From Adineta vaga (Eukaryota; Animalia; Rotifera): a stretch of 64,000 nt of DNA. This document shows, piece by piece, positions 1 through 14,400 of the stretch; within the stretch, counting starts at the first letter, position 1; every line of letters starts with the position of its first letter. The notes below the pieces were generated by a model. That model saw only the letters and a program-made list of their open reading frames with translations. It was not told where the DNA came from and did not search any database. The stretch is from positions 1,860,001 through 1,924,000 of the forward strand of contig CP075496.1 in the NCBI GenBank assembly GCA_021613535.1. The letters run 5' to 3'. The position numbers were made by a program, and so were the translations under genes.

Positions 1-1296
1 ACAACCTTTATCATAGGCACGATAAGCAGTAACAACACCACTTGTATATAGTACTTTCATTGGATACCAATATAAACGAAATAGAAACCTAATCATGAAT
101 AAGAAGAGAAGAGAAGAAAAGAAAAAATGCAATTTTGTTTTATATTTCTTTTACATACCAACAAAATGTAAACATGATAAAACAAGCAGAAGCAGTATTT
201 TCCCACATTGGATATTCTTTTCCATTTTCTCTCGATCCAAGATAATGTAAAGTTTTTGTTAATTCAAGCCAAATATCTGTTATATCATGAACGAATAGAA
301 CAAGTAAACCAATTTTATGATAACTAATCGAAAAGTAAAAATATTTTCAAATAATTCTTCAATTAATTTCATTTCTTACCGAGTTGCATATGAAACGAAA
401 ATTAATGTCATTGTTACAACATGATGAAGAATCATAACATAGAAATCTTTACGTTTATAATCCATATAAAGTGTAGCATAAAGGGAATGTAAATAAAAGC
501 CACATTGAACAAAATACATGAGTTTAATATCAAATGGAACTGTCATACCTGGTGACCAATCTGAATAAACAATGAACAAATTTAATTTTTACTTAAGTTA
601 AATATTTTACTAACCATCCCAGATTTGATAAGGTTCATGGAAATAATTATAACAACGATGGAGTAAATAAACACAATAAGACCATGTGCACGTGTAGAAC
701 AAACATTTCCATGCAGATTCTGGAAATTTCTTTTTATTTATTGGTTTCAATTGAAGCCAATTTACTAATGGCTAAAAACAAAGTCAAATAAGATTTTCTT
801 TTGAAAATAATCTTCACTTTGTACGCTATAAAAATCCTATGAATCCTTAAAATGACCTCGTGCGTTCTTATCTGACGTTTGACATACATCTGAAAAAGTA
901 ATCAGATGAATAAAACGATACTGAAGACAGTATTTTACACAACATTCTAAGGATTCATATGGTTTTTAATGTCTTGAGGTGAAAATTTTTGCTCATGAGA
1001 ACTTTATAACAAACTTTGCAAATGTTTTTTTCAAATAAATAACGTAATATTGTGATAACAATTGCGATATAAAGAATATAATAAATTTGATTAATTGGAA
1101 AATAAAAATGTCGTGTAAAATCTTCAATAAATGAACGTGGAAAGGAATAGTCACGCCACATATGTGGCCTATAGTACCATGAGATTGTATTCCAAATACC
1201 GATAATTAAATCGAAATAATTTGGTGTCGTAGTAAAATTTCCTTTTAAATTTTTCCATTCTTCTCTTTGTTCTTCTGTTAAATACGAATGTTCCAT
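1..1296 (-). CDS. CERS1: Ceramide synthase (LAG1/TLC domain, CERS1-like); multi-exon, runs off the left edge
   Basis: Spliced translation gives KKKFPESAWKCLFY, YFVQCGFYLHSLYATLYMD-KRKDFYVMILHHVVT and the Lag1 motif LFVHDITDIWLE. ATG at 1296; exons about 1015-1296, 613-771, 378-560, 157-323 and <1-89. No Hox-like domain seen, as in CERS1. Confidence 0.9.
809..987 (-). repeat. Imperfect inverted repeat / structured element in ceramide synthase intron 1
   Basis: Arms about 809-854 and 943-987 (atgaatccttaaaatg / cattctaaggattcat; aatcttcac / gtgaaaatt). Internal hairpins catctga..tcagatg and atactg-aaga-cagtat. Confidence 0.7.
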
Positions 1297-4200
1297 ATTT
1301 TGTATAAATAAGAAAGAATTGTTTTGATTTAATTTCACTTTACTAAAATATTATTAGCATTGATCGGTGAATTTGTGAGATAACATTTGTTTTTGATGAA
1401 ATAGGTTCTAAATGGAAGAATTCAAATACATATGTTCAGATAAGAATAAGAAATGAGAAAAGTAACTAGTTTCTATCTCGTTCACTTTCTTTCTTTCTAT
1501 TTTTTTTTCCTTTTCTAGCTTTCATCAACGGTGATATTAATGGTAATAGAAGTGTGAAAGAAAAGAAAAGAAAAGAAAAGGAACATTGACAGTTAAAAAA
1601 AAATGAATAAACGTAATGAAAAGTAAATGATTCATTCAAAAAGAAAATGCAATCAGAAAGTGGAAAAAAAAAGAAAGTAAAGAGAGAAACAGTACTAGTA
1701 TCGATACGTTATACGGACCAATCAGAAGACGATATTGAGTCCTCCAACGTCATGTATGAATATAAAGAGCAAAGTTAATAATGGTAAGTATACGAATTAT
1801 TTGTTCATTTTATATGAATGATTCGAAAAACAACGAGATCAACAACAGTCTCTCTTTCAAATTCGTCTATCTAAAGAAAGAGAGTTGATCATATTCAATT
1901 GAATAAGTTAATCATTCCTCATTGAAATATATTCTTTTACTTTATCATAGTTTGAAACTATTTTAAGATATGATATTGAATATATTAATTTCGAATTTAC
2001 TTTATAAACTTATGTTTTCATCTTTATCACGCAAATCAACCGTGACGTTCTTCTCGTTTTCTAATGGTTTATATCTCAAGCCAATAATCAACAAAGAAGT
2101 TAAAATTTATCAATTAAAATGTTCGAAATAAAACATTTCAGAAACTATGATTTAAAATATACAATCTGTTATGAATAGTCTTTTCAAAAAAAAAAGAATA
2201 TTATTTGAAATATAATATAAAGGAACAACAAATGATTCAATCTAAAGTAAAGAAAATGACTAATCGAACGATAGATCACGTCGTATAAATCAATATTAAA
2301 TTATTTAGTTACCAATCATATAAAAACCTTAATCAGAAGAAATACGTTCCACAAGTTCATTAAACAATAAATATTTATTTTCTTATTCAGTACATTATCA
2401 CTATAAATATTGCATGCAAATTATCACATTCAGTCTTAGATAATCTCTAGAAACACTTTTATAATCCTAGAATGCATTATTATTTTTGATAGTAATATCT
2501 TAAAACGATCGCTTTCTTTGACGTCATTCTGACTATGAAATATCCTACTGCTAACAAATGTATGATCACGCCAAGATAGTTCCATTTGAAAAAATATTGT
2601 TCACATCATTTTATCTTGTCATCACGTATGATTAAATATTTTCTTTATAAATATCATTATTGCACTTTGATTGATTGTTTTCTATGAAGTACATCAAAAA
2701 TACAAACATATAATTATTACTGATAGTAACAAACATAAGTTAATTCTACGACAAATTAATCATAATTGCAATATCTATAACATTTATTGTTACACAGTTG
2801 AGAAAAACTATTTATCAATGAATTAGTTAACTTCGAATGATTTAGTATGTGAATTTAAATTGAAGAAGTTGCAAATCATTTTAGTATGCATTGATATACA
2901 ATTGTTCGAATATTTTTATGTTATTTAATCAAACAAATGCACCTTAGTGCATTTTGAATATCTATACTTTATAATGCCAATAATAACCTTGTTCTCATAT
3001 GTTACACTATATGCACTTTTGTTTATTCATGAACTTGTAAAAATAACAAAACGACAAGATAAACAAAGAACAAAAATGGTGAAGATTTTTTCAAGTAAAA
3101 CAAATGATATTATTCAACTCGATAACAATTCTGGAATTGATTTGACATAATCAACTTTTCAAAAGATTGTCCTTTAAGAACTTATAATCAAACATAGTAC
3201 ACATTAGTTTTCTATGGAAATCGTTTTGTTTTGTATATATGAATTCAAAACAATAAAAATCATTCGATTTCATCTTATTGTATCATGTAATATGCCTTTC
3301 TTGATCGCTATTAATACTGATACTAATGTTCATTTCATATGATTTGTAATGCTTAATTCATTTATCAGTACTGGCATGATATAAATCTTCGTACGATTTT
3401 CCTTCAGAATAATGCTTTGGGTAGTATATGGACGAGCATATTTTTTTCTTTTCCCTTTTTCTTCTTCGTCTTTTGCCATTCCCTTTTATCGTCTTATTCT
3501 TCTCTTTTCTTGACTCTAACGATTGCTCTATTGTCAATGGTATCCTGTTGGATCAAGACAAGAACAAATCGACGAATCACGAAGAAGAAAGAGAATATAA
3601 ACTATGGGCACGGCGCCAAAAGATAGGATAGGATAAACGATGGTGAACAAATTGATGCCCGACAAAATACAGGCAGATGACAATATTTTAAAGACTGCTA
3701 TATATCATTTTCGTACATCTGTTTATATATATATTTATATATCGAAAGAACTAACTTTTAGAATCTATAAAATGAAATATTAAGAATAAAAAGAACTTTG
3801 ATAAATGTTATCCATTAGTATAATCTTTAAAATATTCTTTTGTCCAACAAGAAAGATCGTTTTTTTAATTCTATTAGACACCATTAATTAAAATTATTGT
3901 CTTGTCTTTTATTTTTTACTAAACTGAATATTGAACTTGTACGTTCATATACGCCATCTGTATGAATAGGTCGCTATTCTCTTTCTCTTACAATGTATAC
4001 ATATACTCTCTCTCTCTCTTCAATGTTAGAAGAAGAAGAAGAATTCTTCATCATCATCATCAGCAGCAGCAAGCAATATTTGTGTTCTCTTTCCACCAAC
4101 ATTTTCTACATACGAACACATCTATGTGAATAATGAATCAAGCAAGCAATGCATGCATTCGATGCAGACAGAAGAGAAAAGTCAAACAAACTCGCTTGCA

Positions 4201-5700
4201 TTTACCATCGAACAGAATGGGGGAAAAAATGGCGAATAAGAAAAAAGAAATGCAATTGCCTTGCACATATCAACTATATGTTTGCTTGGGTATGTGTGTG
4301 CGAGCGTTCGAATAGGAGGAAAAAGAAAGAAAGTGAGCTTTGCCAAGGAGCAAAACGAATGGAGAACAAGAAAAAAAAAGAAAGCAATATAAATTGCAAG
4401 CAAAATGATCGTCGTCTTCGTTGTCGTGCATCGACCGACCGAGCGCCCGACGACGAAAAAAAAGCGATGTATATATGCGTTTGAAGCTTCATGATGAGAG
4501 GAACGAAGAAAAAAAAGCAAAGGGGGAGAAGAAGAAGAAGGCTGTACCTATACTAACGCCATCGAGCGAGTAAGCACACAAGCAGAAAAGAAACGACAAG
4601 AGAGTTTTCTCGTCAGAGCTGCTTACTGTTGTGTTATTGTTGATGAGAACGAGGTGCAGCTATATTACCATCGCCATCATCTTTTTTTTTTAATAAACAT
4701 GTTGATCTTGTATGTAAAAAGCAAATAGGAAGGAGGAAAGAAAAAAGACGAAGAGGGATTGTAACACTCTATCCACCCGCATTTCCTTTCTCATGTTCAC
4801 AAACTTTTTTCCTTCTATCTTTCTGTGTCGTCAGCGGGAAAACAGCGCTCAAGTAGTCATACTCGTTTGACAGTTTCTCGTTCGCTCATCCACCCACATT
4901 CAACATGAATTTGTTTACATATGTAGATAGATAGAGAGATCCTTATGCACTTCTATTATTTCATTAGTTCATTGAAGAAATTTTCAACGGATAACTCCTC
5001 CGTTTATCTCAATAAGAATCAAGATCAGTAGTAACACGAGAGATTTGTTTTATTCTTTAGATAATTGAACTCGGATTATTATTATTTTATGTATTAGGAA
5101 TATTCTTCGTTAATCAATCTCATTTCATTAAGTGGCAATATCTCCTTTTTTTTCACTTTAATATGTATTTTTAAATCAAATTAATACATTAACATAACAA
5201 TCAATTAAACTAGAATGTAAGTACAACACTTTCTTTTTGTTTATCACAATGTCAAAGAAAAAGAAGCACACCTTGATTGATTTGGTTAACTATGCGGTTT
5301 TCTATTTGACATCAATATGACTTTTATGTTGTTTTGGCTGTCATTCAAAAGAACGTCGAGTCAATTACTATTGCGATGTACAAACGATTCATTCATTGAA
5401 TCCCCGCCTTTACATGTGTATACACATGTGAGTTCCCTCCTCCCGTGCTCATTGACTAATGAAACTTGTTTCGAACACGCATATGAAAGAACGAGACGAT
5501 GAAAAAAAGGAAAAAGAAAACAGATCGTAAAAGAAAACAGCTGATTGTCAAAAAATAATCGATCAATAGATTGTTGAATGAATACACGTGTGTAGATATT
5601 TGACATGAGAGAAGAGAAGAGAAGAACAAAATCAATCGTTTTTGTTCTATCTATATAGAAAGACAACTTTGATTTTCTATTAATTATTCTAGATCAACTG

Positions 5701-7847
5701 ATGATGTGTGACAATCTTTCATTGTACAAAACATATATCCCATCATCACCAAATACTTCACAATTTTATCCAATTGAGAATCATGAAGATGAACATCGAA
5801 CAAATACAAGTATCAAACGGAAACTTTCAGGTAGATATATAAACATACTACAAAGAAAAAATCAGATAGACAGAAGATGATATTGAAAATATGATGTGAA
5901 TGAAATGAAGAAAGTATATTGATATCTTGTTTTCACATTGTATCATCAATATATTCTTATATAAGTTAATGAAAAGTTTGAACAACTGTTGGTTATTATA
6001 AAATCTTCATATAAATGGAAAGATTTATAATCATATTCAGTATTACTATCATCATATTCGTATGTCATTTTTTCCTCGTTAAAGTTTCTTCGATTTGGAA
6101 TACAATTCATAATAATAGTCGAAAATAAAGTATGTTGATATGAAACATGAAATATTCGTTGTTTCTCGCGCTTTGCTCTTCCGATCTATTTTTAATGCTT
6201 GTTTCGAAAAAAATAAAGAAATAATTTTGCTTCTATGATTTCCAATACTATTACAATTCAATCTAAAACGATTAGTATCGAAAGTGATCGAACTTTGTCT
6301 AAACTAGAATTTCCTCATTATTTTGCATAGTTTGCAAATTCTTCTTGAGCTTCCATAATAACATTTATATAAATTTAATGACTTCTTTTTACCTTTCGGA
6401 CCGAGCAACATACATCAAACAAACATTTTTAATGCAATAAATGCATGAAATTTTGTTTAAAAATTACTTTTGATGCATTGTCATGGTCACAAAGAAACAT
6501 TAATAAGCGACATCGTTAATTTGATATATATATATATATATACTTTCTGTTGAAATATATTCTTAAAAAAAGAAACGTTTTATGAACATTTTTAAAAATG
6601 ATTTATTTCGTTTAGATTATGAAGATAATCAATCATCGTTAACAACATTTCAACAGAATTCATCATCTTTCAATTGTAATAATAGTGATGATGATGAGGA
6701 GAACGAGGATGATGATGATCTTGATGAAGATGACGAAGAAGAAAATGACGATGAAGGTAGTTCTGGTGAAGATGAAATTGTTAGTGATGATGAATCCAAT
6801 AATACTCAATTGATAACGCGTACAACTACTCCTTGTACCATAACACAAAGACGACATAGTGATACAATTCATACATCATCATCGTCATTATCTTATGGCA
6901 CACCAATTGTGAAACGTCGGTGTACATATTCATGCATGTATGATGAAGAACAAAAACGTTCAGTACTGGTGGAATCTTATCGAAAATTACGTGGAGTGAA
7001 AAAACCTAAACTTCAAGTTAGTCTACTCATATGTAATTTAATCAAACGATTAGAAAAAACTTTCACAAAAAGTCCACCATTATCCAGACAACAACAAATA
7101 TCTTCACATTATCAACATCAACATGTACAGTATTACCAACATCGAACATCATATCGTTCATCATCATCAGATAGTATTTATATGGCACCAACATTACCAG
7201 CTTCTTTAGATAATGATGAAATAGAAACAACACCGTTAACACCATTAAATCAACAGTATTCTCCACCACATTCATCAATGTATGATTCAGATAAAGTATT
7301 ATTACCTGGCGGAGATATGAGATCATCAAATTCAATGTATCATTCATCATCAACAGATGCATATTGGCTTGCTCAATCCAATTTTGCCGTACCTGTGGTT
7401 TCCACATCAGATGAAGATGATGTTGATGTTTCGTTGCAAGGTGGAGGTGATTATCTGGATTTAAGTGACAATACTCTTACGTCTTCCTTCTCATCGTGTC
7501 CTACTTCATCTCCTTCTGTAAATTCATCTTCAACTGAATTAATATCAACTTCAGCATCTATATCAAATGATTGTTGTTGTTCTACATCAACTTCTTCTCC
7601 TCTAACTAAACTACTGGTTGATACAAATAATAATAACAATGATGATTATTACATTTATCATCACCATCAACAACAACATCACCATCACCATCTTCATCAT
7701 CATTCTCAAATGCATTCAAATCAAGACTTATATGCATCTAATCATCATTCATCAACTAGCGAACAAGCTTTTTTCTATCACCATCATAATCATCATCATC
7801 ATCATCATAATGGAACTAATACCGTTGATATTATTACAACAGCGTGA
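5701..7847 (+). CDS. SERTA-domain transcriptional co-regulator (SERTAD/TRIP-Br/Taranis family) with acidic and poly-His tracts
   Basis: Exon 5701-5830 ends in KRKLS, like the N-terminal KRK motif of SERTAD proteins, and joins in phase to exon 6616-7847. The segment EQKRSVLVESYRKLRGVKKPKLQVSLLICNLIKRLE fits the SERTA pattern. Confidence 0.7.
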
Positions 7848-10389
7848 GATCTTTTCTTCTTTTTCCTCTCCTCGTATCTATCCGTTGTGCATCTATTTCT
7901 TATTTATTTTTTCGGATTTCGTTCTTTTCCTACCTGGATCAAATGATAAATCTCTCTCCTCTTCTTCTTCTTCTCCTCTATTACAAATGTAAACACAAAC
8001 ACAAATTTCATACATGCTCATCTGTATGTAAATGACAAGTGTATTGTCTGTGGTATTCAACTCGTCTATATATATATATACATACAACTTTTGTTTTGTT
8101 TTTCTCTTTTTCTTTTTTTTTGTTGATGTTGTTGTTTATTTCATTTTCTTTTCTTATGCGTTTGAAATGTGCCTCTGAGTTTTGTTTTACAAACTCTCTC
8201 TCTCTCTCTTTCGATCTTCTTTTCTTTTTCTATAAAGTTTGCATCATCATGATTAAAGGGGAAGAATGGAAAAAAAATTATATTATATACTTTAATTTAT
8301 CTCTCGAACGAAATTGTTTTTTTTTATACAGAAAATTTTAATAAATGACAAAATGAAATAAACAATAACTCGTACATAAAACATGTGAAGTTACTGAATG
8401 ATTGTAAAATTGAACTTGATCTACTATTTTTAAAAAATTTCTAAAGACAAGAAAAACATATTTGCACATTTATTTCAGTCGATATTTTCAATCGAACATT
8501 TCACTTCGAAAAGCAACAAAGATCAAATTCAGATTTATTTGTTACGGATTAAAATCTATCAAAATAATCAACTTGCTTTAGATCACGATTGTTTTGCGTA
8601 ACAGAAATTTCTTGTTTAAATTTTACAAATGTCAATAAAAAACTTCTATTCTCTCCATCATGAAATGACACCTTAACATATTCGATTCAAATCGGAGTAT
8701 TTGAGTTTTCTATAAGCTCCTGTCGTTCGTCTTTGTCGTCTCTGAGATCATCAGAACAAGCGTATTTGTTCTCAGTATAATCTATAACCAACACAAATGA
8801 TAATGGAAAGAAAATAGTGAAGTTGTTCACTTATGAATTTCTGTTCTACTAATGCTACTTATAAATGTCCAGAATCTAGTTTTATTTCATTAAGATAAAA
8901 ACTGAAAATTGCATTAATAATCTCCGTAGAGATGAAGTCTTCCGAAGTTTGATTGTACCATTATGTTTTCTCATACATTAAAAACCCGATAACTTGATTT
9001 CTACCATGCATTGGTTAGATTCAATACATTTCTTACATTTATAGATTGTTAATAACTAGTTATAATCTTAGTACTGCTCCACATGTACTCAGGTGCATTT
9101 CATTATGACCACTTGTGTATGTAAGTTATACTCTCTAATATCAACAGAACTTTAGATACCAATTAATTAAAGCAATAGCAGTGACTGAAAAATCACGTAC
9201 ATTTCATTATGAACGCAGAAATTTCGATTCTATCTGTTATGGAAAATATTCGTTTGTGTCAGTAAAGTGGTCGAATTTTTCCTTTCGCATTTATGATCAA
9301 AGCCCAGATTATAAACTATATTGATTCATACAAATAGCTCTTTTAGGTATGTACAAAAGTAATACGAGAAAAACAAACTTACTTATTGCACATCAAACGA
9401 GAAAATCTGAATTTCAATAAGCCTAAGCTATAACGATAATCGCTGAGATAAGAAATAATTTCTTAATTCACGAGAGTCAAAGGTTAGCTAATGTGTGTAA
9501 GAAAATATCTTTGAATGTGTTTATTGGCGAACAATGACGCGTGTACAACAACATAGAATACGAAAAAACGATATCACGATTGGAGGAGATAATATGTGCA
9601 AGTCGCTGTAGAAATAGGATTCATTTCTTAGAAATGTTATTTTTTCATTTCAATATTCGATGAACATAATTTATAGTCTATCGAAATCTTCCAATGTTAA
9701 AGATATTTTCGTTTTTTATTCGATGATTTAATAACTGATCAGGAAGAAATTCAAATATTTTATCTCAGTGAAAAATATTCACTTTTTTCCTTTCGTTTTA
9801 CAAAGAATAAGTTATACTACATCCTTTTCTATTTTCATTGTAATTAACACCCTAAGAATTTCAATAGATCACAAATGAAAATATGATCTGTTCTTGTTTA
9901 AATTTGCACTGATGAACCCAATACACATTAACAACAGTCTTAGATGATAAGTATTGTTCCAATAGCCATGCGAATCATTGATTTTGAAAAAAAAACGAAA
10001 GAATCAAATCATGTATATCCAATCTTTCGTTATGAATAATCTTTTTCATAGCAATCTAAGTCAAATTATCACATCATATTCCTAAACATCATATCTTTGC
10101 CTAATACAACACAAGTGTTTGTTTTATTTTATATGATAAATAAAAGAAAATACAACATATAAAACTAAATTGATTAATTGCCTTCATAAACTATTTTGTG
10201 AATACAATGAAGAATTTTCTAAACATATGTTTTTCTTTGAAAATAAATGAAACGAAAAGAAGTTTTACACGTACGAATGTTACTAAGCGTAGAGGAAGAA
10301 ACTATAAATTATCTTCGGATTACACTTGACAGTTGTTAATCAATCAGTCAAGGTTTGACGACATAAATAACTACTCACTATTCATAGAG

Positions 10390-10965
10390 AATGATTGCTG
10401 CTGCTGTTCTTCATCAATTTTTTCTCCGTTAACTAAACTACTGGTTGATATACATAATAATAACAATGATGATTATTACATTTATCATCATCATTCTCAA
10501 ATGCATTCAAATTAAGACTTATATTCTCCAATTCATCAACTACCGAACAAGCTTTTTTCTATCATCATTATCATCATAGTGGAACTAATACCGTTGATAT
10601 TATTACAACAGCGTGAGATCTTTTCTTCTTTTTCTTCTCCTCGTATCTATCCATTGTGCATTCATTTATTTTTCCCTCTGATTTGGTTCTTTTACTGTAA
10701 AGTTTTTTGTTACGATGATTCAAGGAAAACAATGACAAAAAATCATTCGAAAGACTGGTTTTTTAGACAGGAAAAGTTTGATACATGAGAAAAATGAAAT
10801 AAACAATAGCTCATACATATAAATCATGAAGAGTTAGTCAATGATTGTATTGACCTTAATCTGCTATTTTATGATTTTTTTTAAAGGCCGGAAGACGTTC
10901 GAATGCATAAAAAAAAAGAGCCCTATTTGCATATTTATTTTATTCGACGTCAACAATCGAACACA
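10390..10965 (+). pseudogene. Decayed partial direct duplicate of the 3' end and 3' flank of the SERTA gene (source about 7567-8498)
   Basis: Near-identical NDCCC..SPLTKLLVD.NNNNDDYYIYHHH coding block, contracted His repeats, CAA>TAA stop at 10513-10515, then more degraded matches to the 3'UTR (aaaatgaaataaacaata...) with an internal deletion. Confidence 0.9.
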
Positions 10966-11475
10966 GTTATTCATTATCTCAAGGTTAAACATTTATTTTT
11001 CTGATGAAATCAAGCAATGTCAAAAAATAAATACACTGGAAGGAAGAAACGTTTTTCAATTAAGTTTCGATTTTTCTTCTGTCTAATCGATGAAAAGCGC
11101 CATCGAACTAATGATATAAGCTATTGGACGACTCGTCTCAAAGCTATTGACAGAAATCCATGTTTTCGCCACTTTTCTTTCTGTGCATGCTCCCTCTCCT
11201 TCGCATAAATACAAAAGACGCACGCATATACGTAAGAAGAAAAAAAAAGAACGAGGAGAAGGCATAAGGAGAAATCTGTCAACAACAGAACAGTAGTAAC
11301 AATCAAATAGGTCGCCGACGTCGACGACGACAATTAATCGTTTGTGTTATATGCTTGTTTCAACTAAATAGCTGAGTTATGAATCGGTCTTACGATTTTT
11401 TTCCTTTTAGATATGTTTTATCACCGGTGATTCATTTATTTTTATTTTATAATGTAATTTTTATGGCCAGAGGCC

Positions 11476-14400
11476 ATGGCAGGATTTCACGTGTCATCAC
11501 TTAAACCTAATGAAGTCTCAGCTAATTTACGATCAGGCACATTTGCTTTGAAATGGCCCGAAGAAACAAATAAACCAGTGGTAATGAAACATTTTTTCAA
11601 TTTCTATTTCTAATTAACTCAATTTCATCTTAGACACCAATCGCTGTTAATTTATCTGTCGATTCGAAAGGTTTCTATTTAATATGTTTAAATAAAATGA
11701 CTAAAGTACGTAAATAGACATTTCATGTGAAAAGGAATAAATTATATTCTAATCCTTTTCTTTCAAAAGGAAACGGAATGTTTTGATATTTCTCTAATCC
11801 ATGATACACGAACTGGTTCAGAAGCTTTACTTCCTCGAGTAAAAAAAAACTATATGAAAAATTCATTGCATTTCAATATAAAAATTCAATTTTTTATATT
11901 CGCAGGGTGCTTCCGATTGTGAACAGATTCATATTGGTGTACGTACACCTCTTTCAGATAAATGGCTTACTATTTACTATGGAAATTCATTTGTACCTGA
12001 TCGTGATTTACGCATCATTCATTTCTGTTTTTCTTCACCGAGTATTGCTCGAGTATGAACATTGAGAAACGAAATTAAATATTTATTAACACTTTTATCG
12101 TTTCAAAGGAATGGACTGATCAATTATTTCAATATGGACATAATCCTTTACTCAAAAACCTTTCAACTTTGGAATGTCTGGAAAAATTCCATTCAAGAAT
12201 AATTAATGGTCTCATTGATGATCGTGGTGACAAAACAATATCTGTTCGAAAGTATTTATCTGTTATATGTTAACTTTTTGATTCTTATGAATTATTCTAG
12301 TTTAATACAATGGTTATGTAAAAATGCTCGGGATGTTAGTAAGGAAACGAAAATTCTCAAAGCATTGGAATATTTAGAATTACCATGTCGACCAGTAAAA
12401 TACAAGAGAATTTATCAAGTCTTTCTCTAGACATTCTTTTCTTTTCTAGGAAATGGTTATCGATCCAGATCAATTTACATTCAATAAATTTGTTCGATTT
12501 TATATGCAATTAATGGAACGTCATGAAATTGATAAATTATTTGATGCAACGTAAGAATTATGTTTTAATCAAACTTTTCATGAAATTTCTTCCTACAGAA
12601 AATGTCAATTCGATATAGATGAAGGTGTTCTAGCCATTGTGCCGTAAGAAATATATATATAAGATCGATATATTAGAAAACCCATCTATTTAGTCTTGTT
12701 CGTTCTATTACGTAGCATGTTGTTTGTTCAATATTAGAATTCTAGCATGATTATTGATATTATCTATAATTTATGTTTCATATATCATATTGTCAATGAT
12801 ATGATATTTTGAATGAGAAACTTCGTTTTTTTTTGTATTAGGGGTGGAAAACATCGACGATATCTTAGTTGGGAAAAGATCAGGGATTTTATTATGAAAC
12901 AAAATGATGCACGTGGTGATGCATTTGGAATGGATTATTATGATCAGAAAGCGAAAGATTTAGTTAAAAAATATACTCAATTTAATAAACATTTTGTACA
13001 GAAAGGTAAGTTGAATTTTCTGTTGTTGATTGAAAATAATTCTATATTTATTACTTCGTAGGAATGTGTGATGAATCATTTCTTCGATATTTACTTAGTT
13101 TCGATAATTTAATTGTTGATCCAGCTAAATTTGATCTTTTTATGGATATGGATAAACCATTAGCACATTATTTTATTTCATCATCTCATAATACTTATTT
13201 AACAGGTTTGATTTCGTTTTCAATAATTTAAAATAGAATATTTTGATTTTGTAGGTTCTCAATTAACTGGACGTGCAAGTACAGAAATGTATCGACAAGT
13301 ATTATTAACCGGTTGTCGATGTATTGAATTGGATGTTGTTGATTCTGAAAAGAAGACTGATGAACCTGAAATTAAACATCGAAATACACCCGTCCGTTCT
13401 GTTCCATTTTATAATGTTATTTGTGCAATTCGAGATTGTGCTTTTAAAGTTAGTCCTTATCCATTAATACTATCACTAGAAAATCATTGCAGGTAAACTA
13501 ATCAAATATTCAAAATCATTTTCCTATGATATTCTCATATGTTAGTGCACGAGTTCAAGCAAAGATGGCTGAACATTTAGTTAATGTTTTTGGTGATAGT
13601 CTCATTACTCAACCACTTAAAACTCATCCGATTGAAGAAAATTGTGCATTACCAAGTCCAAACGATTTGAAATATAAAATTTTAATCAAAAATAAAAAAC
13701 TTCCTCAAAATCCGAAATCAAAAACGAACAATAATGTTGGTCAACCACCAATACGTAAAACAGATTCGATCGCTACAACTACAAGTGATCAAAGTATCGG
13801 CGCAGGACTAACATCAACATCTCCTATTCAATCATCTTTCGTCAATTCATCAACTGATACTGGCCAACGTAAGCAAGCTGTACTCAATGAAATTCGTAAT
13901 GATACGCAACCAATTGAATTCGATCCACAATTATCAAATGATAATAATCGAATTGGTATTGTAACTGAAGAAGACGATAATTCAACAGAAGAAGAAGAAA
14001 TCGTTCCTAATATTGAAGCAACTAATGATACAAATCTTTCGGATATTCTTATTTCTGATCCATCAAATAATATGATGAATAATCCAACGTATCCTACGAA
14101 TAGTGATGCTTTAGCAGAATCTAAAGCAACAAAAGCTATGTCTGATCTAGTTCACTATATCGTACCAAAATCATTTGTAACATTTGCTGAAGCAGAAAAA
14201 CGTAATCGAAGTTATGAAATTTCTTCATTTGCTGAAGATAAAGCACAAAATTTAATTCGTGATTATGCAATTGAATTTGTGGCCTATAATCAACGACAGC
14301 TAAGTCGAATCTATCCTCGTGGTACACGTTTCGATTCAAGTAATTATAATCCTTATTTATTCTGGCCTGTTGGATGTCAAATGGTAGCATTAAATTATCA

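Noticed and set aside
3400-5670. Many short overlapping ORFs upstream of the SERTA gene
   Set aside because: Low-complexity K/F-rich translations of purine and pyrimidine tracts in promoter/5'UTR DNA; no domain signal.
8790-8850. TNDNGKKIVKL, faintly like a LINE endonuclease motif
   Set aside because: Too short and bounded by stops, with no further RT or endonuclease similarity.
13320-13400. PLC-beta X-box deviations (ELDVVDS instead of ELDCWDG; HR instead of HG) suggesting a pseudo-enzyme
   Set aside because: Both catalytic histidines, the Ca-binding N/E/D/E residues and the substrate-binding K/S/R/Y residues appear retained.
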